A stretch of DNA of 64,000 nucleotides, taken from positions 5,504 to 69,503 of the forward strand of contig DSCJ01000063.1 in NCBI GenBank assembly GCA_011049175.1, given 5' to 3'. The notes below the pieces were generated by a model. That model had not been told where the DNA came from and did no database searches. It worked only from the letters and a program-made list of their open reading frames with translations. The position numbers and the translations under genes were made by a program. Shown in pieces: positions 27,549-36,969 of the stretch. The stretch comes from Bacteroidota bacterium (GTDB lineage: Bacteria; Bacteroidota; Bacteroidia; Bacteroidales; VadinHA17). How positions within the stretch are numbered: the stretch's first letter is position 1; each line of letters starts with the position of its first letter.

Positions 27549-28646
27549 TTATACATTAAATCGTATATGCAGAATATCCCCGTCTTCCACCACATAATTT
27601 TTCCCTTCTACAAAAAATTTTCCTTTTTCCTTACAGGCCTGCTCCGATCCCAGTTCGGTGAAATCGGTATATTTCATCACTTCGGCCCTGATAAAACCTC
27701 TTTCCATGTCGGAATGGATCACACCGGCAGCCTGCGGGGCAGTCATCCCCTCGCGGATGGTCCAGGCTCTGATCTCTTTGGGGCCGACCGTAAAAAAAGT
27801 CCTCAATTTCAGCAAATTGTACGCACTTCTGATGAGCTTGTTCACCCCGGGTTCAGAAAGCCCCGCATCTTCCAGAAAAACCCGCCGGTCGTTCTCATCC
27901 TCCAGTTCAGCGATCTCGGCCTCCATGGCAGCAGCGATCACCAGCACTTCTGTGTCTTCATCTTTTACCGCTTCCTTTACCTGCTCCACATAGCGGTTCC
28001 CGTCAATGGCCGAGGCAGCATCCACATTACACACATACAAAACGGGCTTATCGGTCAGCAGAAAAAGATCCGACATCCATTTTCTGTCATCAGGGGATGC
28101 CTGAAAAGTACGGGCTGGCTGAAATTCTTCGATATGTGCCTGCAGCGCCTGCAATACCTCCATTCCATGTTTTGCCTGCCTGTCACCCGAACGGGACATT
28201 TTTTCGAGACACTGAATTTTTTTGATCACCGATTCCTGGTCTTTCACCTGCAACTCCAAATCAACCGTTTCCTTATCCCTTACCGGATCAACCGAACCGT
28301 CTACATGGGTCAGATTCTCATCGTCGAAACAGCGCAACACATGGATCAGGGCATCCGTATTCCGTATGTCAGCCAGGAACTGGTTCCCCATTCCCTCTCC
28401 CTGGCTGGCACCGCGTGTCAGGCCGGGAATATCAACAAACTCCACCGTGGTGGGAACCACCTTTTCTGTAGGCTGATACTTTTCCAGCTGTTTCAGGCGC
28501 GGATCAGGAACATTCACCATTCCGATATTCGATCTGTTGCTGCTGAACGCAAAAGAAGTTACTTCGGCCCTGGTATTTGATATACAGTTAAAAAGGGTGG
28601 TTTTGCCCGAATTGGTGATTCCGATAATCCCGCATTGCAATGGCAT
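27549..28646 (-). CDS. ychF: redox-regulated ATPase YchF
   Basis: MPLQCGIIGITNSGKTTLFN is the P-loop, and the C-terminal TGS domain contains ...GFIRAEV. Start 28646 was chosen by family length (365 aa). The track ORF extends to 28751. Confidence 0.93.
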   Translation of the reverse strand: MPLQCGIIGITNSGKTTLFNCISNTRAEVTSFAFSSNRSNIGMVNVPDPRLKQLEKYQPTEKVVPTTVEFVDIPGLTRGASQGEGMGNQFLADIRNTDALIHVLRCFDDENLTHVDGSVDPVRDKETVDLELQVKDQESVIKKIQCLEKMSRSGDRQAKHGMEVLQALQAHIEEFQPARTFQASPDDRKWMSDLFLLTDKPVLYVCNVDAASAIDGNRYVEQVKEAVKDEDTEVLVIAAAMEAEIAELEDENDRRVFLEDAGLSEPGVNKLIRSAYNLLKLRTFFTVGPKEIRAWTIREGMTAPQAAGVIHSDMERGFIRAEVMKYTDFTELGSEQACKEKGKFFVEGKNYVVEDGDILHIRFNV

Positions 28647-28786
28647 AATAATCGTTTTTTTCCGGCATAAAATTACACTTTTACCGTGTAAAACGAATGG
28701 AAAACATGAAATTCGGAGGTCCCCCTGAACACAAGCAACATCACTTCCCATAATTTTCTTATTTTAGCATACAATTGCGGCAAGGT

Positions 28787-30172
28787 ATGAACATATCACC
28801 ACGTATTCTTTCCGTCACTTTGTTTCTGTTGTATGCCGTCACATACGCTCCGGCGCAGATTCCCCGGGAGCAGGAAGCCCATCTGACACGTATCCTGTTT
28901 ATCCTCGATGCCTCGCAGAGCATGACAGGCGAATGGCAGGGCAACAGAAAAATCAACATTGCCAGGAATTTCCTGATCAATACCGTTGACAGCCTCGAAC
29001 AGCTGCCCCACGTAGAGATTGCTCTCAGGGTTTACGGACACCAGAGTCCGGTGCCTCCACAGGACTGCAACGACACCCGCCTGGAAGTTCCTTTCAGAAA
29101 AGGCAATGCAGGGGAGATCCGGCAGAAGCTCCGTTTCCTGAATCCAAAGGGAACCACACCACTGGCCAGGTCGTTGCAGCTCAGTGCCTCTGATTTTCCT
29201 GCCTGTGAAAGCTGCAGAAACATTGTTATCCTGATTACCGATGGGATCGAAGCCTGCGACGGCGATCCCTGTGAGGTTTCCCGGGAACTCCAACAAAAAG
29301 GGATCATTCTCAGGCCATTCATAATCGGTATCGGACTGACCGATGATCTGAAGGAAAGCTTCAACTGCGTGGGAGAATACTTCAATGCCAACAATTCACA
29401 GCAGTTCCAGGAAGTGCTGGGTGTAGTGATCTCGCATGTCCTTGACCAGACATCAGCCCAGGTCAATCTTCTGGATATCAAAGGTATTCCATCGGAAACG
29501 GATGTTGGGATGACCTTTTATGACCAGATCTCGGGCAAAGTGATGTATAATTTCATTCACACCATCAACCACAGGGGTAACCCTGACACCCTGTACCTGG
29601 ATCCACTGGTCACCTACAGGCTGGTCGTTCATACCCTGCCAAATGTAACGGTAGAAAACATTGTCCTGAACCGCGGAAAACATAACCTGATTGCGGCCGA
29701 CGTTCCCCAGGGAAAACTGCAGGTTATCAGTGAAAGTCCCGGCCAATACCGTGACCTGCAATTTCTTGTCAGACAAACCGGTAAAACCGGTTCCCTGAAC
29801 TGGCAAAAGATAAACCGGGAAGAAAAATACCTGGTGGGAAAATACGACCTGGAAATACCCGTTCTGCCAAAAATTGAACTGAAGAACGTGGAGATCAGGC
29901 CGCAGGAAACCACTACCATCACTATTCCCAAACCCGGCCTTGCCACCCTGGTCATTAACGGAACAGGTATCGGAAACCTGTTTGTGATACGCAACCAGGA
30001 ATTGAAATGGATCTATAATACCGAGCTCACCACAAGGACCGAATCGCTGGTACTGCAACCCGGAACTTACCGGTTCCTCTATCGCCCGCTCAATGCCCGG
30101 AAGAGTGTATATACCTTCGACAAGATTTTTACCATCAAGCCGGGAGGTTCGGAAACTATCAGGCTTTACTGA
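28787..30172 (+). CDS. secreted von Willebrand factor A domain protein
   Basis: A signal peptide is present. The MIDAS motif reads ILFILDASQSMTG. The C-terminal half is beta-rich. ATG 28787 is preferred over the TTG at 28775. Confidence 0.8.
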   Translation: MNISPRILSVTLFLLYAVTYAPAQIPREQEAHLTRILFILDASQSMTGEWQGNRKINIARNFLINTVDSLEQLPHVEIALRVYGHQSPVPPQDCNDTRLEVPFRKGNAGEIRQKLRFLNPKGTTPLARSLQLSASDFPACESCRNIVILITDGIEACDGDPCEVSRELQQKGIILRPFIIGIGLTDDLKESFNCVGEYFNANNSQQFQEVLGVVISHVLDQTSAQVNLLDIKGIPSETDVGMTFYDQISGKVMYNFIHTINHRGNPDTLYLDPLVTYRLVVHTLPNVTVENIVLNRGKHNLIAADVPQGKLQVISESPGQYRDLQFLVRQTGKTGSLNWQKINREEKYLVGKYDLEIPVLPKIELKNVEIRPQETTTITIPKPGLATLVINGTGIGNLFVIRNQELKWIYNTELTTRTESLVLQPGTYRFLYRPLNARKSVYTFDKIFTIKPGGSETIRLY

Positions 30173-30248
30173 GCCCCGCCCGATTAAACCTTTTTGGCCG
30201 GAAGTAATCCAATAATCGTATCATCAAAATCCTCAGGACCGGAGAATA

Positions 30249-30797
30249 ATGGAAATCAGTGACGGCGAACTACTGGCCCTGCTGAGGGAAAACCGGGAAG
30301 ATCCCCATCGTGCTTTCCGGCTTCTGGTAAAAAAATATCACCGGAAAATCTACTGGCATATCAGGCAAATCGTGATTGACCACGAAGATGCCGGCGATGT
30401 GACACAAAACACGTTTATAAAAGCATGGGAAAATCTGCCCGGATTCAGGGGTGAGTCGAGCTTATACACGTGGTTGTACCGGATTGCCACTAACGAAGCC
30501 CTGGGATTTCTGAAAAGAAAAAACAAAAGGCACCTGTTTTCCATCGATCAACATGAACAGCTGCTGGCCGGACAGATTGAACACGATCCACTTTTTGACG
30601 GAGACGAAATACAAAAAATGCTGCAACAGGCCATACTGTCGCTTCCCACAAAGCAACGCCTGGTGTTTCAAATGAAATACATGCAGGAAATGAAATACGA
30701 AGATATAGCACAAATTCTGAATACCTCGGTGGGAGCGTTAAAGGCATCATACCATCATGCAGTGAAAAAAATCGAACAGTTCATGGAAAAATATTAA
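30249..30797 (+). CDS. ECF-type RNA polymerase sigma-70 family factor
   Basis: Region 2 (DVTQNTFIKAWENL...YTWLYRIATNEAL) and region 4 (YEDIAQILNTSVGALKASYHHAVKKI) are both present. Confidence 0.9.
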   Translation: MEISDGELLALLRENREDPHRAFRLLVKKYHRKIYWHIRQIVIDHEDAGDVTQNTFIKAWENLPGFRGESSLYTWLYRIATNEALGFLKRKNKRHLFSIDQHEQLLAGQIEHDPLFDGDEIQKMLQQAILSLPTKQRLVFQMKYMQEMKYEDIAQILNTSVGALKASYHHAVKKIEQFMEKY

Positions 30798-30829
30798 ACC
30801 TTTTCCAGGCAAATCAGTCAAAACAACAA

Positions 30830-31273
30830 ATGGATAGCAAAAATAACACCCGGAAAAAACTCACAGATATCCCGAAAGCAAATCCCTTTCGGGTACCGGA
30901 AGGATACTTTGACGAGCTTCAGGACAAGATTGACAAAGCGGTGGCCTTCCGGCAGGTAACTCCTTACGGGAAACGCGGCTTTTTAGGTCTTCTCGGCCCA
31001 CAGCTCGCCCTTGCCGCCGGTTTTGCCGGTCTGGTGCTGCTGGGATATTTTGCCGTCAGGCTCATTTTGAAGCCGGAAACCGAAACAGCAAAGAACGGTC
31101 TGGCCGAATACATTGAATTCTATATGGACGATTTCGATGAATCACAAATTATCGATGCCCTGGGAAAACAGGACCCGGGAATGCCCGAGCCGGCTTATAC
31201 GGATGATGAAATCATTTATTACCTGGTCACCGAAGACATTGATGAAATAACCATTATGGAAGAACTGCAATAA
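30830..31273 (+). CDS. putative anti-sigma factor (single-pass membrane protein)
   Basis: The gene immediately follows the ECF sigma. It has one central TM helix (LALAAGFAGLVLLGYFAV). No family was recognised. Confidence 0.45.
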   Translation: MDSKNNTRKKLTDIPKANPFRVPEGYFDELQDKIDKAVAFRQVTPYGKRGFLGLLGPQLALAAGFAGLVLLGYFAVRLILKPETETAKNGLAEYIEFYMDDFDESQIIDALGKQDPGMPEPAYTDDEIIYYLVTEDIDEITIMEELQ

Positions 31274-31286
31274 ATTATATACCGCC

Positions 31287-31772
31287 ATGAAAATATATCA
31301 TATTGCAACACTGATACTGCTGACGCTCGCAGGAATCCTGCGGACCGGAGCACAGCAGCCGGATGAATTTCCGGAAACGGACCGTATGGACCGGTTAAAT
31401 GCCCAGAAAATTGCGTTTTTCACCAACCGGATGCAGCTGACTCCCGAAGAATCAGAGAAATTCTGGCCGGTATACAACGAATACCAGAAAAAGCGCACAG
31501 ATATTCAGGAACAGCGTCGTCAGTTGCAGGTGAGGTATGCCCGCGAACAGTCGAAGCTGAACGATGCAGAAATTCTTCAGATGACCGATCAGTTCATCGA
31601 ACTGCAGGTTGAAGAAACTGAACTGGCCCGTGAATATCATGAAAAATTCAAGCAGGTGCTTCCTATTCGCAAGGTTTTGCGCCTGTATCATACTGAAAAC
31701 CAGTACAAAACATTCCTGTTAAGGCAATTACGTGAAAGGGCTGCCAATATCAGGCAAGGTCCGAGAAGATAA
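31287..31772 (+). CDS. periplasmic Spy/CpxP-like (LTXXQ-type) protein
   Basis: A signal peptide is followed by a helical, charged body with an LTPEESEKFWPVY motif. It is the third gene of the sigma / anti-sigma module. Confidence 0.5.
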   Translation: MKIYHIATLILLTLAGILRTGAQQPDEFPETDRMDRLNAQKIAFFTNRMQLTPEESEKFWPVYNEYQKKRTDIQEQRRQLQVRYAREQSKLNDAEILQMTDQFIELQVEETELAREYHEKFKQVLPIRKVLRLYHTENQYKTFLLRQLRERAANIRQGPRR

Positions 31773-31789
31773 AATAAAATTTCTTCGGC

Positions 31790-33301
31790 CTATTCATCGG
31801 GAAGGGACATCTTCACGTTACGCAGAAACTCCACCGACCGGAAGATATCCTGATACATGGTTTTGTCATTCTCCACGAAGTGCACCTGCCTGCGGTATTC
31901 GGCCACGAAATTCTCCAGCCAGGGTGATGTTTTCAAAGGTCTTCTGAAATCAAGCGCCTGGGCTGCATTGTACAATTCAATGGCAAGGATCCTTTCCAGG
32001 TTTTCCATGATCTGATAGGCTTTCAGGGCGGCAGTGGCTCCCATACTCACGTGGTCTTCCTGACCCTGGGAAGTTTCGATGGAATCGACCGAGGCAGGAG
32101 TTGCCAGCTGTTTGTTATGGCTTACCATGGCGGCCGCTGTGTATTGAGGAATCATGAACCCGGAATTCAATCCCGGGTTGGCAACCAGAAAAGGAGGCAA
32201 CCCCCTTTTCCCCGAAAGCAATTGATAAATTCTCCTTTCAGAGATATTTCCCAGCTCGGCCATGGCGATACACAGGTTATCCAGGGCCAGAGCCAGGGGT
32301 TGCCCGTGAAAGTTTCCCGCTGAAATGATCAGATCTTCGTCGGGGAAAATAGTAGGGTTATCGGTCACTGAATTGATCTCATTCCTGAATACACTGGCCA
32401 CATAAAGTATGGAATCTTTCGAGGCTCCGTGCACCTGGGGGATGCAACGGAATGAATAGGGATCCTGCACGGCTTTCCCTTTCCGGGCGATCAGCTCACT
32501 TCCCTCAAGCAGCCACCTGATCCGGCGGGCAGTCTCAATCTGGCCCCCGTGAGGCCTGATTTCCTGCACCAGGGAATGAAAAGGTTCGATGCGCCCGTCG
32601 TACACATCGAGGGACAGCGCCCCGATCACATCGGCCAGCAAGCTCAACCTCGACACGTGCAAGGTAAGATAAGCCCCGTAAGCACTCATAAACTGGGTTC
32701 CGTTCAGCAGGGCAAGGCCTTCCTTTGACTGAAGTTCTACAGGCTGCCATCCCATTTTTTTCAGTACTTCCCGGCTGCTCACCTTCCGGCCTTCCGCATA
32801 TACCTCCCCCAGCCCGATCAGGGGAAGGCTCAAATGAGCCAGTGGCGCCAGATCGCCGGATGCCCCCAGTGATCCGTACTGGTAAACCACAGGGATGATA
32901 TCATGGTTGAAAAAATCGGTCAGGCGCTGAACAGTGGCTGTCTGTACTCCTGAATTTCCGTAAGCCAACGACTGTATTTTCAGAAACAGCATGAGGCGCA
33001 CCAGTTCGGAAGGCACTTCGGGCCCGGTGCCACAGGCATGAGATTTCACCAGGTTTTCCTGCAGGGTTCCCAGTTCTGCCCTTGAAATACTACGGTCACA
33101 TAATGACCCGAAACCGGTTGTAATTCCATAAAGAGGTTCCGATGAGCGTTCAATCCGTTCATCCAGGTATTTCCTGCACCGGTTGATTCTTTTCCGGCAT
33201 TCATCGGATAATTCCAGTTTTGTGTCAGGATTCAGAATGGTTTGTATGGTATCGAACCCGATTTCACCGGGGGAAATAACATGGACCGAAGGTTTTTTCA
33301 T
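31790..33301 (-). CDS. hutH: histidine ammonia-lyase
   Basis: The MIO-forming triad context is GSLGASGDLAPLAHL. The selectivity motif LVKSHACG (Ser-His) points to a histidine-specific enzyme. ATG 33301 is preferred over the TTG at 33322. Confidence 0.88.
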   Translation of the reverse strand: MKKPSVHVISPGEIGFDTIQTILNPDTKLELSDECRKRINRCRKYLDERIERSSEPLYGITTGFGSLCDRSISRAELGTLQENLVKSHACGTGPEVPSELVRLMLFLKIQSLAYGNSGVQTATVQRLTDFFNHDIIPVVYQYGSLGASGDLAPLAHLSLPLIGLGEVYAEGRKVSSREVLKKMGWQPVELQSKEGLALLNGTQFMSAYGAYLTLHVSRLSLLADVIGALSLDVYDGRIEPFHSLVQEIRPHGGQIETARRIRWLLEGSELIARKGKAVQDPYSFRCIPQVHGASKDSILYVASVFRNEINSVTDNPTIFPDEDLIISAGNFHGQPLALALDNLCIAMAELGNISERRIYQLLSGKRGLPPFLVANPGLNSGFMIPQYTAAAMVSHNKQLATPASVDSIETSQGQEDHVSMGATAALKAYQIMENLERILAIELYNAAQALDFRRPLKTSPWLENFVAEYRRQVHFVENDKTMYQDIFRSVEFLRNVKMSLPDE

Positions 33302-33370
33302 GATACAAGACAGATTAGGCAAACAATAAACAAAGCTAACAGGTTTGCCCGGATAACCATATGTCGTATA

Positions 33371-34738
33371 TCATCTTCTGAGTTCGGAAATCAATGCAGT
33401 AAGCGATAGTTTGCTCTGATCCCCTGTGGCCATATTTTTCAAGGCAACCGCCCCCTCTTTCATCTCTTCCTCTCCCACCAGGGCAACAAACGGGATCCCC
33501 CGGTTATGGGCATACGTCATCTGTTTTTTAATCTTAACGGCATCAGGATACAGTTCGGCCTGAATACCTGCCCGGCGGATTCTTTTCAGGAGATCCAGAC
33601 AATAGGCTGCTTCCTTGGCACCGAAATTGATGAACAACAATCGCGTGGAATGAACCGCCTCATCGGGAAACAGGCTGAAATGTTCCATTACATCGTAAAT
33701 GCGGTCGGCGCCAAATGAAATACCCACACCCGACATGCCTTCCATTCCAAACACTCCTGTAAGGTTGTCGTAGCGGCCACCCCCGCACAAACTGCCCATT
33801 TCCATGTTGTCGGCCACCACCTCGATAATGGCACCGGTATAATAATCCAGGCCGCGTGCCAGGGTCATATCCAATTCCAGCCGGGAAACCATATCCAGAG
33901 GCTTCAGAAAATCCAATACTTGCTCTGTTTCCTTTATCCCCTGTACACCCGTTTCCGAACCGGCAAGAAATTCTTTCATCGTCTTCAGCTTCATGGCATT
34001 GGATCCTCTCAAATCCCACACCGGTTTCAGTTTTTCCACTGATGCAGCAGGAATTCCCTTTGACAGCAATTCCTGCTTCACTTTTTCTACGCCTATTTTC
34101 TGCACCTTGTCAAGCCCCACCGTAATATCGGTCAGTCTTTCCGATTGTCCTATCACTTCGGCCATACCGGCCAGGATCTTTCGGTTGTTCAGCTTCACCG
34201 AAACGGAAATTCCCAGACCGGTAAAAACCTCATCAATGATCTGGATCATTTCCACCTCATTCAGCAGGGAATCGCTTCCCACCACATCCACATCACACTG
34301 GTAGAACTCACGGTAACGTCCACGCTGGGGTTTGTCGGCCCTCCATACGGGCTGTATCTGATACCTCCTGAACGGAAAAGGGATTTCGCTCCTGTGCTGC
34401 ACCACAAAGCGGGCAAAGGGCACGGTCAGGTCATATCTTAATCCCCGGTCGCATATTTTCATGGAAATGGAAGCCGGGTCCGGATCTTCCCAGTCGGCCT
34501 CATCCAGCGCCTTCAGAAAATCGCCTGAATTCAGTATTTTGTAAAGCAACCGATCGCCTTCCTCTCCGTATTTACCCAGCAGGGTGGGCAGGTTTTCCAT
34601 AGCCGGGGTTTCAATGGGAAGGAAACCGTACCGCTGAAAAATTTCAGTAATGGTATGAAAAATATAATTCCGCCTGATCATCTGATCAGGGGTGAAATCA
34701 CGCGTTCCTTTCGGAACAGATGCCTTTTCCTTGCTCAT
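33371..34738 (-). CDS. hisS: histidine--tRNA ligase
   Basis: PKGTRDF, class II motifs (RYDLTVPFAR, FYQCDVDV, GGGRYD) and a C-terminal anticodon-binding domain are present. ATG 34738 is preferred over the GTG at 34756. Confidence 0.95.
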   Translation of the reverse strand: MSKEKASVPKGTRDFTPDQMIRRNYIFHTITEIFQRYGFLPIETPAMENLPTLLGKYGEEGDRLLYKILNSGDFLKALDEADWEDPDPASISMKICDRGLRYDLTVPFARFVVQHRSEIPFPFRRYQIQPVWRADKPQRGRYREFYQCDVDVVGSDSLLNEVEMIQIIDEVFTGLGISVSVKLNNRKILAGMAEVIGQSERLTDITVGLDKVQKIGVEKVKQELLSKGIPAASVEKLKPVWDLRGSNAMKLKTMKEFLAGSETGVQGIKETEQVLDFLKPLDMVSRLELDMTLARGLDYYTGAIIEVVADNMEMGSLCGGGRYDNLTGVFGMEGMSGVGISFGADRIYDVMEHFSLFPDEAVHSTRLLFINFGAKEAAYCLDLLKRIRRAGIQAELYPDAVKIKKQMTYAHNRGIPFVALVGEEEMKEGAVALKNMATGDQSKLSLTALISELRR

Positions 34739-34788
34739 ACCTTCTGATTTGGGCACAAAGATAAGAGAAATTCCGCCAGGCTGAAACC

Positions 34789-35145
34789 CTATTGTATAAA
34801 CCGGATGCTGAGGGGATATTCAAAATACTCTCCGCTATTGGCCCTGACCGAGGCAATGATCACCAGGATCAGATTCAATACTCCCAGGGCAATCAGCATG
34901 AATATACCGATCAACAGGATAATCAACATAGCCGCAAGAATAAGATACAGAGTCATGGATATCTGAAAATTTACGGCGGCTTTCCCATGGAAATCAACAA
35001 AAGAGGATTCTTCCCTCTTCAACACCCATATGATCAGAGGACCAATAATATTCCCAAAAGGAATAATATAACCCGCCAGCGCTGCCAGGTGGCAGAACAT
35101 GGCCCAGTTTCTTTCCTCGGTAGTTCGCGGATCAATTACTTCCAT
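34789..35145 (-). CDS. DUF4870 domain membrane protein
   Basis: EERNWAMFCHLAALAGYIIPFGNIIGPLIIW... is typical of DUF4870 small membrane proteins. Confidence 0.75.
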   Translation of the reverse strand: MEVIDPRTTEERNWAMFCHLAALAGYIIPFGNIIGPLIIWVLKREESSFVDFHGKAAVNFQISMTLYLILAAMLIILLIGIFMLIALGVLNLILVIIASVRANSGEYFEYPLSIRFIQ

Positions 35146-35173
35146 AGCAACCGGATTTTAATTCATTTGCCCA

Positions 35174-36028
35174 TCAGTATCGACCGATCCGCCGGAAGTC
35201 GCTCTTCAGAAATCCGTCGGGATTTCTTCTGTTGATGGTGTGGTAATTGAAATAGTACACCCTGGCATCATCGCAACCGATCAGCACTTTATAGGTACGT
35301 CCTGTATTGCTCGTATTCTCAGGCCCCACTTTATGAAGGATCACGGTATGAGGTCTTTTTTCCGAAATGGCTTCTTCGATTTCCTCCCTGCTGACAATCC
35401 GGAAAGTATGGTTAATCAGTTCCCGAATCTCCTCCTCGGTGTTCACATCTTCAGCCAGATCATCCTCTTCCAGAAGCAGGGTTTTGTTCACCAGTTCGGG
35501 TGTGTTTCTGTTGTAATAGGTAAGATACTGCAGCGCCGTAACGGAGGGGTCTTTTGTGATCATCTCCGCATGTTGTTGCATAAACCGGACAACCAGTTCC
35601 AGCTTGTACACATACTCGTCCTCGTCGGCCTCAGAATATGAAAGCGGGAATGAACAAAGCTCGGGCATTTCTTCTATCTTTTTTACATCCTTTCCAAGAA
35701 GAAAATTCAGGAAGTTATAATACACATGCCCTTTATCCCGTTCAAAACTGGTTCCGGTAAGGACCAGAAATCCGTAATCGGGATCTTTCCGCAGATTTTC
35801 GAATTCCCCGGTGGAAATAAATTCAAAGGGGGTCTGTTTCCAGTGCTTCTCCATGGCATCCTTCACGAAAATATTGTATGAGGAGAACATATCGTTTTCC
35901 AGCACCACCATGGTTGTGATTTGAGGAATTCGGCCGGCTTCTTCGGGCGTGGGAAAGGGAGCCTGTGAGAAGGACGTGCCGGTAAAAAACAGGCAGATCG
36001 GTAAAATCGGGGATAATAATTTCTTCAT
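35174..36028 (-). CDS. hypothetical secreted protein
   Basis: 284-aa ORF with the signal peptide MKKLLSPILPICLFFTGTSFSQA. No family was recognised. Confidence 0.55.
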   Translation of the reverse strand: MKKLLSPILPICLFFTGTSFSQAPFPTPEEAGRIPQITTMVVLENDMFSSYNIFVKDAMEKHWKQTPFEFISTGEFENLRKDPDYGFLVLTGTSFERDKGHVYYNFLNFLLGKDVKKIEEMPELCSFPLSYSEADEDEYVYKLELVVRFMQQHAEMITKDPSVTALQYLTYYNRNTPELVNKTLLLEEDDLAEDVNTEEEIRELINHTFRIVSREEIEEAISEKRPHTVILHKVGPENTSNTGRTYKVLIGCDDARVYYFNYHTINRRNPDGFLKSDFRRIGRY

Positions 36029-36076
36029 AACAGCTCGGTTAACGCATTCATAAATCTTTACTATTTTCTCATCTGA

Positions 36077-36775
36077 TTAATCTACCGCCGGCAAATAAAC
36101 GGGATTTCTTTCATTAAACCGCCGGATGAAAAGAAATTTCTGTTGTTTCTTTTTCCTGCGCCGGAGAGTGGCATATTCGTCATGCAGTTCCGGATCCTTC
36201 ATCAATATCACTTCCAGATTGGTCACGTCGTAATCAACCACCTCACCGGTTTCGAAATCCAGCAGGAACTGCCTCACTTCCGTTTTCGTATAAGTGTTTG
36301 GTCTGCGGTTATAGTAATAATAATCGTAAAAGGCGTAGCGGTTGTAATACGGATCATAGTACTGTCCGTCATATGAAATGATGGAAGCCAGAAAATGACA
36401 GATTGAACCGATCACGGTAATGCGATGAAACCCACCTCCGAGACCGATATATAACACCCCGTTTTTTGAGTAACCCCATATATCCTCTGTTTCCACTTCT
36501 TTCCGCATGCCAAAACCATCGAAATACTTAATGGTCTCCTCCGCGAGTAGCTTCTGGAAAAAATCCCTGTCGGAATAATCCACCGATGTCAGAATTCTCG
36601 ATTTGGGAAGGGGATTGTTGTTCCTCACCTGTTCGAAATTCAGAAAAATACCTTCCCGGAACTGATAATCGGGAGTGTATTTAACCATCCTCCATACACT
36701 GTCACTCTCCTGTGCCTCACATATTGCGACGCTCACCAGCATCATTGCAATGCAGTGAACCATAAACTTCCTCAT
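36077..36775 (-). CDS. hypothetical secreted protein with a Tyr-rich segment
   Basis: 232-aa ORF with the signal peptide MRKFMVHCIAMMLVSVAICEAQ. It contains the segment YDGQYYDPYYNRYAFYDYYYYNRRPNTY. No family was recognised. Confidence 0.55.
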   Translation of the reverse strand: MRKFMVHCIAMMLVSVAICEAQESDSVWRMVKYTPDYQFREGIFLNFEQVRNNNPLPKSRILTSVDYSDRDFFQKLLAEETIKYFDGFGMRKEVETEDIWGYSKNGVLYIGLGGGFHRITVIGSICHFLASIISYDGQYYDPYYNRYAFYDYYYYNRRPNTYTKTEVRQFLLDFETGEVVDYDVTNLEVILMKDPELHDEYATLRRRKKKQQKFLFIRRFNERNPVYLPAVD

Positions 36776-36969
36776 AGCTCATTTCCTCCTCTTTAATCAC
36801 GAAAATATAACAATTTTCAGAAAGATTCTCAATATTTTCTTGACCACAGGTTCAGACTGCGAACTCTCCCGAACATTCCCAACACAGACCGTTTAAATAA
36901 TGAGCTTTCTCTTTCAATTTTTTTGAATATCTTTATATTTTTCGGCCATCGGGAAGAACCTGCAAAAGG

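Noticed and set aside
27567-28580. A very long (337-aa) ORF lies antisense to ychF. Similar stop-free antisense ORFs lie at 45946..46893 (rpoA), 19096..19974 (TPR gene), 61200..62069 (fusA), 55702..56559 (rpsC), 50999..51796 (rplO/rpmD/rpsE) and 43740..44498 (eno).
   Set aside because: Each lies entirely inside a strongly conserved gene on the other strand. The translations are compositionally odd and resemble no family I know. Stop-poor antisense frames are an expected by-product of codon bias in highly expressed genes. There is no independent start context or promoter.
31790-33301. The lone ammonia-lyase might be a tyrosine ammonia-lyase or aminomutase for flexirubin or aryl-polyene type pigment synthesis rather than HutH.
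   Set aside because: The substrate-selectivity position reads Ser-His (LVKSHACG) as in histidine ammonia-lyases, not His-Leu (TAL) or Phe-Leu (PAL). No polyketide or pigment genes are adjacent.
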